A DNA stretch of 64,000 nucleotides from Epiperipatus broadwayi (taxonomy: Eukaryota > Animalia > Onychophora): assembly GCA_028023455.1 (NCBI GenBank), contig JAQFVV010000009.1, positions 16,182,001 through 16,246,000 on the forward strand, given 5' to 3'. A program made the translations under genes and the position numbers. The notes under the pieces are model-generated. The model was not told where the DNA came from, searched no databases, and worked only from the letters and a program-made list of their open reading frames with translations. Each line of letters opens with the position of its first letter. Position 1 is the first letter of the stretch. Below, piece by piece: positions 25,650 to 39,766 of the stretch.

Positions 25650-27680
25650 TTGTGTGAGGAACACTAGTTTAATAAATTTAACAAAAAACAAAAAAATTAT
25701 ATATTATGCATTCTTTCAGAAAAAGGATAAATGGAAATGGATTATGTACAAGTGAAAGTATAGCAGAATTGGATTATATTTTGATTAACAATGTATTTCA
25801 AGATGATAATGCTTTTTATATTCAACACAGAAACTGATCATAAGTTAGTGAGATGTTACTAAGATACATGTTAATGTGAAAACTAATAAAAAAAGTATTG
25901 ATAGTTTATAATCTTCAGAAATAATAAAATGAATTTAAATTAGAATTTGCTAATCATTTTAAAATATTGAAAGACGTTGAAGATGATTTAAATTTATCTG
26001 AGATGGATAATTATAATAAAGATACCAAAATCACAACTTTTCATTATTTTGCTGTAATATCCTATAAATACAATTTATCCAAACCACTTCAAATAGTTTT
26101 TAGCAAAACTCTTTATTTGTACATATACATACACCTAAATTTCGATAAATTGTATAATAAAGATAGCTGGTACAAAAAATACCAATTTACCAGTAAATTT
26201 TGAAGTCGACATAAAATGAAAGATGAAAAGAAAAAATATGAAATTATTTTAAAATTATAGAAAATAGAGTTAATAATGACATAAAATATAACAGTTGACA
26301 AAGAAAATTATAAAAGAGAATAAAAGTTTTGAAACTGTAAAATAGAATCAGTATTGGAAGAAAAGTGGGAAGACATGAAATGTGTGAAAGAGTTCTACAA
26401 AATATATAATAATGAAGAACAAGGAAACAAAAGAGCTACCGTAATTGCTGCATCTTTTGAATTGTCAAGCATTTTAAATGGAGACATGTAATTTAATCAA
26501 GAAGGATAAAGTTCCAGTAAATTATGGAATTATTATATTGTAAAAGAAGCATGTGTAGAAATAAAAAAATTATTGGCAGCACTATATATCAAATATCTAA
26601 ATACTAAACATGTACCATATGAGTAGAAGAATGCAATAATAATACTGATATTTAAGAAAAGTGATGAAGAATCACTTTTCTATCAATTCTGTACAAAATC
26701 TTTATTAAGATAATTATAATTTGTCTACAGCAAACTTTGCATTTTAACTAACCAAATCAATAAACTAGATTTAAAAGTGTTTGTAGCATGGTATATTATA
26801 TCTAAAATTGAAAAAAGTTATAGAATGGACTGATGAATATGAAATGCTGTTTATAATTTGGATATGTAGATTATGAAAAGGAATTTCATTCTATCAGCAT
26901 TTCCATAAAATTTTTGATTATCAAGATATAGACTTGAGATGTATCATATTCTGAAAAATATCAAAATTCAACAATAGTGATTAGATTACATGGTGATACT
27001 AGGAAGATTAACATTGAGAAAGGTGTACAACAGGGTGGTTTTATGTCTTCAAAATTTTTTATAGTTCTTTTACAATAAATATTTTGTGGTTTAAAATAAA
27101 CTAAAGAAATAAAAAAGAGAGATTAATTAATCATTTAAATTTTGTAGATAATATGATTATTTTTGCAAATAATATTTTAGAGCTTAAAGAAATGTAGAAA
27201 AATTATCAGAAGAAAATAATAAAGTAGGATTAAAGATAAATGTTAAAAAGACAAATAATGTTCACTGATTTTACTCAGAAGAAAATGAAGATTGATAATC
27301 ATGAATTAGAAGTTAATAGCTATAAATATGTTTATCAGATTATTATTACAAATGGAAACATGAATGAAATTAATTATAAAACTAAACTTAGATTATTTTT
27401 CTTGGAGGTAATTTAATATTAAAAGTAAATATGCATTTGTGTTTAAATTAAGGAAACTTTTTAATAAATGTGTTTTATCAATTTCACTTATGGATCTGAG
27501 ATTTGGATATTTAAAAGAAAAGGAGTACAAAGATTTCAGAGTACTCAGCAAAATATGGATAGATGTATGTTGAGAATAACAAAAAGGGATAACCAACAAC
27601 ATTGAAAGAATTAAGAGATTGAAATGGATTAATCTGAACATATTCCCAGAATAACACATAATAGAAATCACATATAAGAT
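25650..27680 (+). mobile_element. RTE LINE, long decayed copy (endonuclease C-terminus to 3' region)
   Basis: Remnant motifs in the expected order: ELDYIL, TETDHKLVR, ILIFKKSD, VDYEKEFHS, NIEKGVQQG..MSSKFF, FVDN. Confidence 0.8.
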
Positions 27681-27899
27681 TAATGAAATAAAGAAGTTTG
27701 TTGATTTGATGTCAAGAAGGTATAGATCAGAAAAACAATTAAATTTGTAGATAATCCTTTAGTGAATTGAAAATGTTTGTAAATAATGATGGTAGCATAA
27801 TAAATCATATCAAAGTAATGAGTAATTATAGAAAAAAAAAACAAAGAATATTGGATTGCCATTTTGCATTGGATTTGTAGATTATAAAGCATTTAACTA

Positions 27900-28872
27900 T
27901 AAACATTTTTATGATAAATAAAACTTTGGAATAAAAATGTAGATCTAAAATATGATTTTCTGAAGATTATCAAAATGCAACAACAGTGTTTAGATAGATA
28001 ACATTAAAAAGATTAACATTGATACTAATATAAGCTATTGTGAGTCCATATCTTCAGAATTTTTACACTAGTTTTAAGGAAAATATTTTTCAGATTAATA
28101 ATGGGATGAAAATAAAAATAAATGAAAATTACTTAAATTATTTATATTTTGTGATAGATATGATTATTTTGGAAAATAATGTTTCACACCTTCAAGAAAT
28201 CTTTGAAAAGCTATCAACAAAAGCACAACTCCAGACAAATACTAAAAACAATATGAAATGATGTTTAATTGTTTTTCAAGAAAGGAAAAAATAAAGATTT
28301 ACAGTGTTGATTTTAAAAAAATTAAGTCAAATACCTTAATCAGCCTATTTATACAAATAGAAATATAATAGGTAAAATTAATCATAGAATTAAACATGGA
28401 TGGAAAGTTTTTTGGTAGAAATAATTTAATATTAAAAGTAGTTATGTATATGTATTGGAAATAAAAGGTTTTAATAAATGTTTTACAACTACTTATAAAT
28501 TGAATACTTAATAGAAGAGTAATTTAGATTTCAGACCATACAGCTAAATATAGAAAAATATGTTAGAAGTAATAAGGAAGGATCAGAAGGAAAATACATG
28601 GATGATATAAAAAAATATATTGATATAACTGAAAGAAGCAACAAGTTGAAATGGAACTGGAATTTATGGCAATAAATGAAAATTGAAGCCTTAAACTGAA
28701 TCTTATAACATTGTATAAAACTCTGAAAGAGACTACATGTAAAATGGATGGATAAAATAGGAAATTTTGCGAGCCGTGTGATGGAAAAACAACAACTTTG
28801 GATTGAATACTGCATTAAATTTGGAAGAGACATTCATTCTGCTGTGAATCATTATAGGTTGAAAATAATAAT
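27900..28872 (+). mobile_element. RTE LINE, 3' decayed copy
   Basis: Colinear with 1-876 (KINENYLNYLYFV; RIKHGWKVFGRN; 3' end GGAAGAGACATTCATTCTGC...). Confidence 0.72.
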
Positions 28873-29010
28873 GTATATATATATATTACTAAGGATATTT
28901 CAATGAAGCTCTTTTTTTTTATATTCATATATAACATTTCTTACTTTTATCCACTGATTGATTGATTACAAATATTGCAATTTGATTCTTGAGAAATATT
29001 TTAATGTAAA

Positions 29011-29208
29011 TTGCAAATAGGTAGCACTTTGTTGAATGTTCAAATACAAATAGAAAATATTAGGCATCTATTAATTAAATGTAAATGCATGAAAGCAGAA
29101 AGGGTACAAATAATGAAGTTATGGAAGAATAAATATGAACCAAGTGATTACACAGAAAATGGGTTATTGGTTTTTATGCTGGGTTTGAGAAAAGATAAGG
29201 GTATTTAG
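29011..29208 (+). mobile_element. Possible LINE ORF2 C-terminal zinc-knuckle remnant (I/Jockey-group-like)
   Basis: ENIRHLLIKCKCMKAER resembles the E...H.L..C.....R motif. Confidence 0.35.
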
Positions 29209-29949
29209 ATATAAAGGCCATAGAGTTAACAAAGATTATGTTGTGGAAATGGGATGGAGCAGATTATGGGAAAATTTAGGGTGGGGAAGGTAAAGTGGCT
29301 AACGGGTTTCTCTGGGTATAGTTGCTGAGAGATCCTGACTCCATTTAAGGAGAAGTCGCAGTGCATCACATCGCAAGTGGAAAATAACTTTTTTTTCAAA
29401 CATTTTAATCTCCAAAAGAGATAAGACAACTCTTTTTTTTATTATGAATTATGTAATAGCCAATCTGAAGTAGAAATTAATTGGTGTATATCATCTAATG
29501 CTGATTTAATTTCTGCAATAAAATTTTTTTCTGCAAAATGTTATCTTTTATATTTGTACCTATTTTGAATATTATATGTTTGCAATGAAAATAATTAACA
29601 TTATGGTTCTTTAAGGCTGTCTTTAACATAATCTTTGTAATATAATGGTATCTGACTTTTCATGAAAATTTGTTTCTATTCATTCACTTCATTTGCTCAA
29701 TTAATGTGCACTTAGAATAATCTATTCAACATCTTACAATCTAGTGAGCTGACAGTTTTCAGTTTCCTTACCTAAGTATTATAAATTAGTTTATTTAATT
29801 ACTATTTACAAGATAATGCTTATAAAGATAATATTCCATATTAATTCAGTTAATCAACACATATTAATATTGGTATAAATATAATGATTATTATTGATGA
29901 TAATTTTAATATCTTATTTTAACGACTCATTTCAAGTAATATGTGTACT

Positions 29950-30921
29950 GTTTTATTATAAGAGTTAGCAAATTAATAGATCCCAGTACGCATTTCGCAT
30001 ATTGATGTGTACTGGTGTGTTGTTCTTGGCTATATATGTGGCATGTAAAGTAATACATGCAGGTTTGATTGCGGAGATTTTCATGTATATATATGATAAG
30101 CGATTTGCTGTTGACTCGGTGTTTTCTGGCTGAAAGCATTGTGATCAAACATTAAGAAAACAATACATATAGTCGTAAAGATTTTTAATAAAAAATCAAT
30201 ATTAAGATTTAACTTTTAAAAAATAGGGAAGGAGAATATGAACTGGTTTGATTTGTAGAGGAAATGTATCCGCTTCTTACAGTTTGCGATCATATTTTTA
30301 TTTTTTAAACACGGTTGTCGTACCCCCTCCCCTTCCGCACATTTTTGATTATGTATTTTAATTTTACGCAAATATTAAATTAAATTTTGAATATTTATTA
30401 GAAATCAAATGTGCTTGGTTTGACGACCGTTAAAAGCAAATCTACTTTACTACATATTTCGCGATGATGTCATAAAACAGTCTCTCTTCCTTCATCTGGT
30501 CTCGATTTTATTAGTCCATTATTTTATTCCTTCTAAACTGTGGTTAATATAATTATTTAAGTACGTATGTATAAAATCTGTGAAGTTTTTTTTTTTATTA
30601 ACAGTAGTTATGTTTTAATTTCCTTTAAAAAAAAAAAAAAATGCCAATGAAGTAACTCTTCACTACTTCCCCCCTCCCTCACCCTTATTTCTCTCTTATT
30701 TAATCAGGTGTTACGTGAAAATATGGTTGATAATTTTCTTTTAGTTTTAACAAGATTGCAGATTCGCTTGTTAAATATTCTGAATTGGAAATTTAAAACT
30801 CTTTAAACTAATCCGCTATTTGATTATTATCCAGTCTGGAGTGTCGGTCCTTGTTTTATCGTCCAGGAGTGTTTGCCGCTGCCGTTCTTCTAAGCTTCAT
30901 TTTTTTTCTGGTCATCCCGTC
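29950..30921 (+). promoter_or_regulatory. Putative ST7 promoter / 5' UTR (CpG-retaining region)
   Basis: Visibly more CpG than the flanks, directly upstream of the inferred ST7 start codon; the TSS cannot be determined. Confidence 0.5.
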
Positions 30922-30931
30922 ATGTTTGATT
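30922..30931 (+). CDS. ST7: ST7 first coding exon (ATG TTT GAT T = M-F-D plus first base of S)
   Basis: Strong donor GTGAGT at 30932; a phase-1 join to exon 41636 gives [14 protein letters not shown], similar to the short N-terminus (MWDSSMFL) I recall for insect ST7. The exon is only 10 coding nt, so this is inferred. Confidence 0.65.
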
Positions 30932-32349
30932 GTGAGTATGGGTCACTATAGGTATTTATTATCTCTGGGTGATATGCTTTTAGTTTTTGTCACACGTGGT
31001 TGGGATAAGGTTCTAATTCTGATTAAGAATGGAGAGAAGAGAAATGGAAAATAAAATTTACTTAGGCATTTTTATCTTTTCGTTCCCTCTCTCTACATTG
31101 ATTATATTGATTTGTTATCGTAGGGTAGAGTTAAAGAATAATACATTTTTAAAAAAAAAAAGTTAGAATAATTTTATAATATCTGATCTCATTTTTAAAT
31201 ATCTTAATAATAGTTAAAAATTGACATACTGGTTAAAATTAATCTCTTAATTTTTAATCAGTGATCTTGTCAAATAATGTACAATATTAATTGTATGTTA
31301 TTCTATAAAAGACAGCTTATGGTAACTAGAGAATAGCTTACTTACGACCAAATGATATCAATTATAAGGTTTGACTGAATATTTGATTATCATTGATGAT
31401 ATTTATCATTGCTCTCATGCCTACAAACCTTTAATATAAGTTAATCTGGCATCTCAAATTTAGAGATATCATAAAGTAATATGTTTTTTTTTTCTATGCA
31501 TTTATTGCCCGAAAGCAAGCTAAAGAATGTGGATAGTAGGTTATTATATAATATACGATTGATGATTGTCAGTAGCCGTGACTTAATTGTATTTTATCGT
31601 TTCATGATAGTCCCAAACAAATTTCCATATTTTACTTTTTCAATTAATTTATAAATTAATAGACCATCCATCGAAAAGAATACATCGTGATAAACAAATT
31701 GGATATTAATATTGAAAAGATATGTATTTTCAGTGTGACTGTTAATATACTTTTTCATATATATATATGTGTGTGTTTATATAGAAATGTCGTAAATATT
31801 TTTGATGAGTATTTTGTGTGTGTGTGTGCTGAAATTGGTAAATAAAATTTACATCTTAATATAGTGTCAAGATACATATAATTATTTATATCATATGGAC
31901 AGAAATTTTTTTGTCAAGTAGTATCCTTTTCCAGGCTCCCAAATTTGCTCTCATGCAGAGAATTTAATATATATGATGGAAAATAAAAGCAAAAATTGTT
32001 GAACGTTTAATAATAAAAGTTTGTTTCAATTATTAACTATTATTAATATAAATTTTTATGAATATTATTATAAAATTAAGCATTTGAAAATAGCTATGAA
32101 AACACCTAAAAGTAATGTTTGTATAATTATTACAAATATTTATTATTAAAATTATTAACTTATAATGGGTATTTTATTTGGTTTGTTTATGTGTGTATGT
32201 ATTAAAAATAATGGTATCACTGGGGAAAGACATTCATGTCTGTTATTATTTATTATTACAGAATTGATATTTTAGAATCTCATCTATTACTATCTGTGTA
32301 CTATGAATGTACTAATTAATAGCTAGTGCTGAAGACACACACATGTATA

Positions 32350-33235
32350 TATATCCAAAACTTTTTACAGCAGTTTTGCAAGAAGTATTTTGTGGATTAA
32401 AATGGGAAGATAAAAGTAAATGGAGATTATTTTAGTTACCTAGAATTTGTAGATGATGTTGTTTTTGCAAATAATGCTTTAGAACTTCAAGAAATGTTGC
32501 AAGAGTTATCTGATGAAAATAAGAAAGTAGGATTAAAAGTAAAAGTTAAAAAGATTAAAGTAATGTTCAATACACTTTCTCAAAAGATGGAATTAAAGAT
32601 TGATAATGATGAATTAGAAAGTTAACAACTACAAATACCTTGATCAAATAATTACTATGGATGAAAACATGATGGATGAAATTAATCATAGAATTATAAC
32701 TTGGTTGGAGTTCTTTTGATAGAAATAATATTAAAAAGAAAATATGCCTATTTGTTGGAAAAGGAAAGTTTTTAATAAATGTGTTTTACCAATTCTTACT
32801 TATGGATTTGAGACTTGAACACTTAACAAAAGAGCAATGCAGAGACTTCAGATCACTCAGTAAAGTATGGAGATATGCATGTTAGGAATAACAAGAAGAG
32901 ATCGAAAACAAAATATATGGATGAGGGAACAAACAGGTATTATTGACATCATTGAAAGTATTAAGAGACTGAAGTGGAGTTGGGCTGGACATATTGCTAG
33001 AAGAGATGATAGGGCTGGAGATATTGCTAGAAGAGATGATAATAGATAGTTGAAATCTTAAACTGGAGTCCAAGAGATTGTAAAAGACCTAGACAAAGAT
33101 CACATGTGAGGTGGATGGATGAAATAAGGAAGTGTGCTGTATGGACAAGAGAGAGGCTAGAGATCGGAGAAGATGAATTGAAATTTGGAGAGACCATCCT
33201 GCTGTCGATTGATAATAGTTGAATATAATGATGAT
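32350..33235 (+). mobile_element. RTE LINE 3' fragment, same family as 1-876
   Basis: High nucleotide similarity to 40-876; contains a 22 bp internal duplication (GCTGGA(C/G)ATATTGCTAGAAGAGATGATA) at about 32984-33043. Confidence 0.9.
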
Positions 33236-33774
33236 ATATCCACCTCTATTGTTTTTACTAAAAGGAGGTTGTCTTGTCAGCAGTTTGAAATTCTTGATTG
33301 TTATCTATATTGAGATTGTCTAAATGTTGACTGGTTTTTAATATATATATATTCTAGACTATTTTATTAGAGAATGATGGTGACAAATTAACATTAATGT
33401 TCTAATATTATCACTTTATCACGATACTTTATTTTATTAATTCACTTTACTTTGGCAAAAACTTTATGAATATGTATATATATATATTTATTTAAACAAA
33501 GATTATCCAAACATTTACATGTGAAGCTTACACAAGTCAGTTATGATCTCATACTGATCACTAAGTATTAATTGGTTTAATTCAACTGCAGAAAAATCAT
33601 TTATAACTTCTATGACATTTTGAAAAGAAAAAGAAAGTGCTTTTATTCACATAAATGCACTAAAAATTAAAAAATAAATTTAGTATTTTTGATATTTTGC
33701 TGTCAAAATTAAAATGTTAAGTGCTCATAGTCAGAAATAGCCTAAGAATGTTTCTAAACACGAATACCAAAATA

Positions 33775-34255
33775 TTTCTATAGTGTAATTTTCATTACAC
33801 CACTCTCATACAAGATAGGAACTGTGCTTTTAGCACCCTGTAGATGGATGTAATCATAAACATATGACCAAATACATGAAAAAGATGTATGATCCATGAG
33901 AAACACATTTCATGCTGAGCCAATACTCATCAGTTTGCTAGACCACAATCTCACACATATCTTTATCATTATTCAATATATATATATTGATAGCAAATTA
34001 CTACAGTTTAATTGATGTGTCAAATTTGCTGCTCTCACAACTTTGACACAAACCATTTAATGGAAGTATATTAATAATTTTTATTAGTCATTCATTAGAC
34101 AAGAGATCAATGTAGTGTAACTACCATTATACCATTTGTGCAAGATAGGGATCTTGCATAAAAGTAGTGTAGTGAAAATTATGATACAGGAATATTATTC
34201 ATTATTGGATAATCTCTAATCTAATAAATGACTAATAAAAATTATTAATATGAAT
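33775..34255 (-). mobile_element. Family A copy: one full unit plus the start of a second, then a fold-back inversion
   Basis: Hammerhead core CUGAUGA...GAAA at about 33894-33937 (decayed stems); 34150-34255 is the reverse complement of the unit start. Confidence 0.82.
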
Positions 34256-35889
34256 AACATACTCTCTAATTTTAGTCACACAATATATTATGAAAGCTGA
34301 ACTTTTTAATGGATTTATCTAAATTAATTTATTTCAATTTTTATTATTATTTTTATTTATTTCAATTTTTATTATTATTTTTATTTCTTTTTTAGTTGTA
34401 TGTTATTCTAGAAATTAAGTTTAGATACAATTTAATTACCTAATACTATGAAATGGTAGTACCACAAGGAATACTGAATTCCATATAACTTTAAAAATTT
34501 AAATTATTTATTATTGTTTGCAAATTATATATATATATATTATCACACAGGAATAAATATGTATGCAAAATTTCAACTAAATTGGTAAATGGGTAAAAAT
34601 TGAGTTCAAGATTTCACAGATAGATATATAAACAAACAAACAAAAAAAAATTAGAATAGGTTAAATAAAAGTGTATAAATAAGAAAAATGATATCTAGCT
34701 GATAATTACATTTTGTAATTTATTTTTTTAACTCCAATAATTTTTCATTTAAGATTCATCAGCATTTTGCTTAGATGTATAGAAAAGGTATAATGAATAA
34801 GGAAATAATTGTGGAATGAATGTTTCCAGTTTATCTAATCAGAAATAAAAGCTTTCTATTTTTGAACTTATTGAATCTAATGCTGAAGCATTGCACAAAT
34901 CAATTTTTAATAGCATTAGTCTCTTATTGATGTATAAGAATTTGTAGAGATGCAAACTAAATCTTACAATGAATACATTGCATGTTATCCTTTTACTTAG
35001 TGATTTGCTCTTCTAAAAAAAAAAAAAAATTTTTAAGCAACTATATTAATCTTAAACTTTGATAGTTTTTTACTTACAGAAGCTAATTCACCCAATTTAG
35101 ATCTTGAATAGTTTTTATCAAGAAAAGTTAGAATTTTTCATATGTTCATGTTTAGACTAAAGTTAAATGTTTTTACTACCATCATTTTTTGTTTTAATGG
35201 CATTACCATTTATGATATTCGACATCTTTAATGTATACTCTACAAAATATAGCAACCTAGTCATATTTTGTGGGCAGATCATTTTTAGAAGCATTTTCTA
35301 GATTCTTTCACATTTGTAATGGGAAGGAAATCCCTAAATAGTACTAAGTTCAACTTCTGTTCCAAATCCAATTTTAATGCAACTCATTTTTGATTATACC
35401 GCTTAAATATCACAACTACAGATTCTCTGTCTGCTAAAGCTATTTTCATCTTTGCTTTCTAATCAGTGAAAGCTTTTCTACATATTAAAGGAAAGAATGA
35501 TTGAATATTGATATCAGAATTGTAGTGAATATAATTAAAGGATGATAATGTGATTTCATAAATTCATATTTTAACAATTGATCGATGAATCTTATAATGA
35601 CCAAGATTACAATAACCTAAATTGCTGATGATAGTAAAGCAAGAAGAAAAAATGAAAACATATTGAGAAAGCAGAGAGAAAAAATGGAAAAAAGTATTAT
35701 GAAAGATAATTTTATTTGAGCATTGTTTAATACTTAATGATAATTTATCTTCATATTTATTTGCTATTTGTGAATCTTATCATATGTAAATTGTGAATCA
35801 TTATGTTTTATATAGTTTTTATAATTATATGTCTATATTAAATCAAACAATAATATTTAAATACAAGTATAATTAATATACTCAGACTT

Positions 35890-36480
35890 TAGATGTAATA
35901 TAGGGGATTTGATCACACTGTCTAACCATTATCTCATACAATCCATACACATGACGACACATGTAAAAGAAATAATTTGCAATATACATATTTGTCTGAA
36001 CCAGCACTCATCCGTTGGTCTAGATCATAATCTCCCACACATATTTATAATCAGTGTTTGGTTTATATTAAGCAAATCTTCAAACTTTAATGGACTGACT
36101 TTAATCTACCCCACCCCCACCCCACTCTTTGGCCATCCATACCATTGAAAATCTGATGGCTTAATGTCAACATGGGCATGACAATAATATTCGCATTAAC
36201 AATGGATTTGGGTGTTCCATTATCAGATTTTTAATGGTATGGATGGCTGAAGAGTTGAGGAGGGGGAGATTGAAGTATGTCCATTAAAGTTTGAAGATTT
36301 GCTCTTTTAATATAAACTGAATACTGATTATATATATGTGTGTGGGAGATGATGGTCTGGATCAACTGATGAATGCTGGTTCAGCATTGAATATGTATAT
36401 TGGAGATCATTTATTGGTTGTATGAGATAGAGTGGAGACTGAAGAGAGCTTAAAAGTCTGTGTTCAAATCCCCTATATTA
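35890..36480. mobile_element. Large palindromic Family A-related element (about 260 bp arms) with two inverted decayed hammerheads
   Basis: Arms at about 35895-36158 and 36218-36480; motifs at 35979-36018 (-) and 36362-36403 (+) give the consensus CCAA-CUGAUGA-RUGCU-GGUUC-AGCAU-GAAA-UAUGUA-UA-UUGG. Confidence 0.78.
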
Positions 36481-38778
36481 AATAAAATAATAGTAAACAC
36501 ACTACTTTACAAAATCAAGCATTTAATTTATTGTGAAATATGAGCATTGCATCGTTTCATTTTTGACTTGCAAATAACTTTCAATTACATGTACTAATAT
36601 ACATTTGCTCATAGATAACACTATTGCCAAAAGCTTCTTGCTGCCTTCTTATTGAGACTGTATTTATGTAATGAAAATTGCGATGTCAAAACTTCATGCT
36701 GAAGGTTAACTTGGATAATTAATTGATATCAAATCTTGGAAGAAGATTTTGGAACTTGTCTCTTACCAGAAAGTAAGAGTTATATTTAATTGAGATACAT
36801 TTTCAGTTTGGGCTGATCTTTACTAAAAGTTATTTTAAATTGAATCAAATATTCTTAGGACAGGTTTGGAAAAATTTGGAAAATTCTGTTTCAATTCAAG
36901 TTATCAAATTAATCTGATACATTGTATATAAATTTAACCATAATATATAAGTATGACAGCATATGTTAATAGTAATTTAATTTATTTTTTACATATGTAT
37001 TTTTTTTTAATAATTTATTAGAGCACAAAAAATTCATGATTTAGCATAAATTATTTAGTAATATTGAGAAATTTAAAAACCATGAAATTTTATTTTTATA
37101 TCTACCTTATTAGTGAAGGATAAAAATACAAGTTGGTACAAATTAACTCTAGACCATTACAGTCTGGGCTTGGTGATTTTTTTAAAGATAACTAAAGAAT
37201 TTTCATGCAAGTTTAGAATTTTTTTTTTGCAGGTAGTTGGCTCATAACCAGCTTAGCTAGCCATCTAGTATTGATTATTAATGTTTTTCAGCTGAAGAGG
37301 AAAAAAAGTCAGGATAATTGTACTGACTATAGAAGATTCAAAATTTTATTATGGGATATAAGAATGTTAAACACTAGCAGGAACTGAGTTTGCAATTTAT
37401 CAGTTACCTTGTAAAACATGTTTGTGTTTTATTGAAGTTAGGTTTCACTAAAGAAAAATGAGTTATTTGTGATGAGAAATAAAGTATTCTTTATTGTTTT
37501 TGTCTTTGTTTTTAATACTAGCACTTCATTTTATAATTGTGTATTCATTAATATGATTATTTTTTCAGAACTGTTGATCAATCAATCATAAGTCTGTTGT
37601 GATTTATTGATTATTAACTTTGCAAAGTATGCATTCTTTAAAGTGATATTGCTTTTTATTAAAATGACTTAAAATTTAATAGATTGGAAATAAAAGAACT
37701 GCAAAGTAATTTTACCATATTTATATAAAATTAAAAATTGATTTTTTTTATTGTTGTTGTACCAGTGTAATCATTATATAACAAATTGGTATACTTCAAA
37801 TTTTTAGTCTTATGTAATAATATTGGTAGAATATTGCAATCATTTATCCTTCATCATTAATAATTTTTTTAAAAACAAATTCTACAAACAATTTTAAAAA
37901 TATATATTATTTTAAGTGGTTTATTATAATTATTATTTATTATTTCTATAATCAAAATAACTTTAAATAGCATACACACACACCCCACTCAAGATATTTA
38001 TAGTTGTTTTTTCTTTGTTTTTCTCTCTAGTTCATTATTAGCCAATTCCAGTTTATCACTATTTAATTAAATGGCTAGCTAAGTTGAAATGGGACATGGG
38101 TCTGAAAAAAGTCCCAAATTTTTTTATTCAAACCCCCAAATGATGAACGTAATGGGCAGATGGATCAATTGCAAACCCACTGTGTCTTTCTATGTATTTT
38201 ATTTTATGCTATTTATTCCCCAAACTCTTTGTTAAAAATGGCTGGCTAAGAGAAGCAAAAGGTTTTTAGATTGACTTCCAACTAAGGCAAAAAAAAAATC
38301 TAAACTAATCACTGGACGGAACTATTGCATTTTACTTTGGTTTAGAATGTTGCTTGTTTAATTAATATATATATATTTAAAAACTGCAATTAATATTCTT
38401 ACAATTTACCCATGTGATTATAGACATTGGAAAAAATATATCTGTTTACTCTGTTATTTGCTTGCATATAATTTTTATATAGAACAATTTGTGCATAAGG
38501 TGAAAACTGTTTGAATAATGTTACTACTTGAATTTAAATTTTTTGAAAGTAGCATTAGTTTGCTTTATTTTTTTAAGATGATCAGAAACTTTTATTGAAA
38601 GACATGATAGTAATTCTATAAAAATATCTCATCATATTACAGTTATATTTTTTATTTTTAATGTCTTAAATTGTTTTTCTCTTCACTAGTGAAAATTGTA
38701 ATTATAAATATGTGACGATTTTTTTTTTTCGCATTAAATAGTGAAGCTACAATTATATGAATAATGTATAATAGGTCT

Positions 38779-38823
38779 GCTTAGCGCTTTCAAGATTCAA
38801 TGTTGGAATTTCATACTCATAGC
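38779..38823 (-). ncRNA. Hammerhead variant with A3-U8 core in a Penelope pLTR
   Basis: GCU-AUGAGUA-U-GAAAUUC-CAACAUU-GAAUCUU-GAAA-GCGC-UA-AGC; palindromic AGCGCU stem III. Confidence 0.62.
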
Positions 38824-39766
38824 TTTGTAAATGAAGACTGTTGTGATTATGCAAATGAGTTTGAATTTTTAATTAGTTAGTCCATTGTTTGGAGAGAGCA
38901 AAGCATGCTTCTCTTCTATTAAAGGCACTAATATCATTTGTTATGTAGAAAGCTTCTTTAACTTTTCTTTTGGCATCATTCTTCTCTGTACAAATTATTT
39001 GGGCAGAACTGGGTTCGAATACATGGCCTGTAGCTGCTTGGTGGTCCTAGAATACTGATGTTCCTTCATTTTTATTTTTAACCCTGTTGCATACATACCT
39101 GTGTTGGTAAACTCTTGTATTAAGGTTATAACCGAGTCTCACCATAGTAGGATGCATGGCAGCCTAATTGAGGGCATGCCATTTTATAGACCACATGAGG
39201 GGCTTGATCTTTTTCCATTTTATCTTTTGAATTATTTATTTCTTGGTTAGTACTGGCAGGCGTTCTGAAACTAAATTTGAAATTGGTAGACAATTTTTTT
39301 GCAATATTTGAAGTTACATTAGGTATAAATGGAATTGTTAGGTATTTCATATTGTCTTTAGGCTGTTTATTTCTGAGTTTTCTATAAAATGTTTTTATTC
39401 TCTGATTGATCGTATTGGGTTTAAAGCCTATGTTAGTTATTTCCTTTATATATTTGTCAATGTTATTTTTCCTATCCGCTATGTATTTACATAAATGGTA
39501 ATTTCTAAATAGGAAAGCATTCATATCTGCCCATTTATATGTATTGGGGGTGTTAGACTTTGGATTTGTATTCGAACCCAGTTTTGCCCAAATAATTTGT
39601 ACAGAGAAGAGTGATGCCAAAAGAAAAGTTAAAGAAGCTTTCTACATAGCAAATGATATTAGTGCCATTAATAGAAGAGAGGCATGTTTTGCTCTCTCCA
39701 AACAATGGACTAACTAATTAAAAATTCAAACTCATTTGCATAATCACAACAGTCTTCATTCACAAA

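Noticed and set aside
31524-31540. ATGTGGATAGTAGG as an alternative ST7 start (MWI...)
   Set aside because: The good donor (GTAGGT) is phase 0 and out of frame with exon 2; the phase-1 option has a weak donor. 30922 fits better.
37231-37430. Acceptor-like sites in ST7 intron 1 (TTTTGCAG, TTTTTCAG)
   Set aside because: The following frames stop quickly and show no ST7 similarity.
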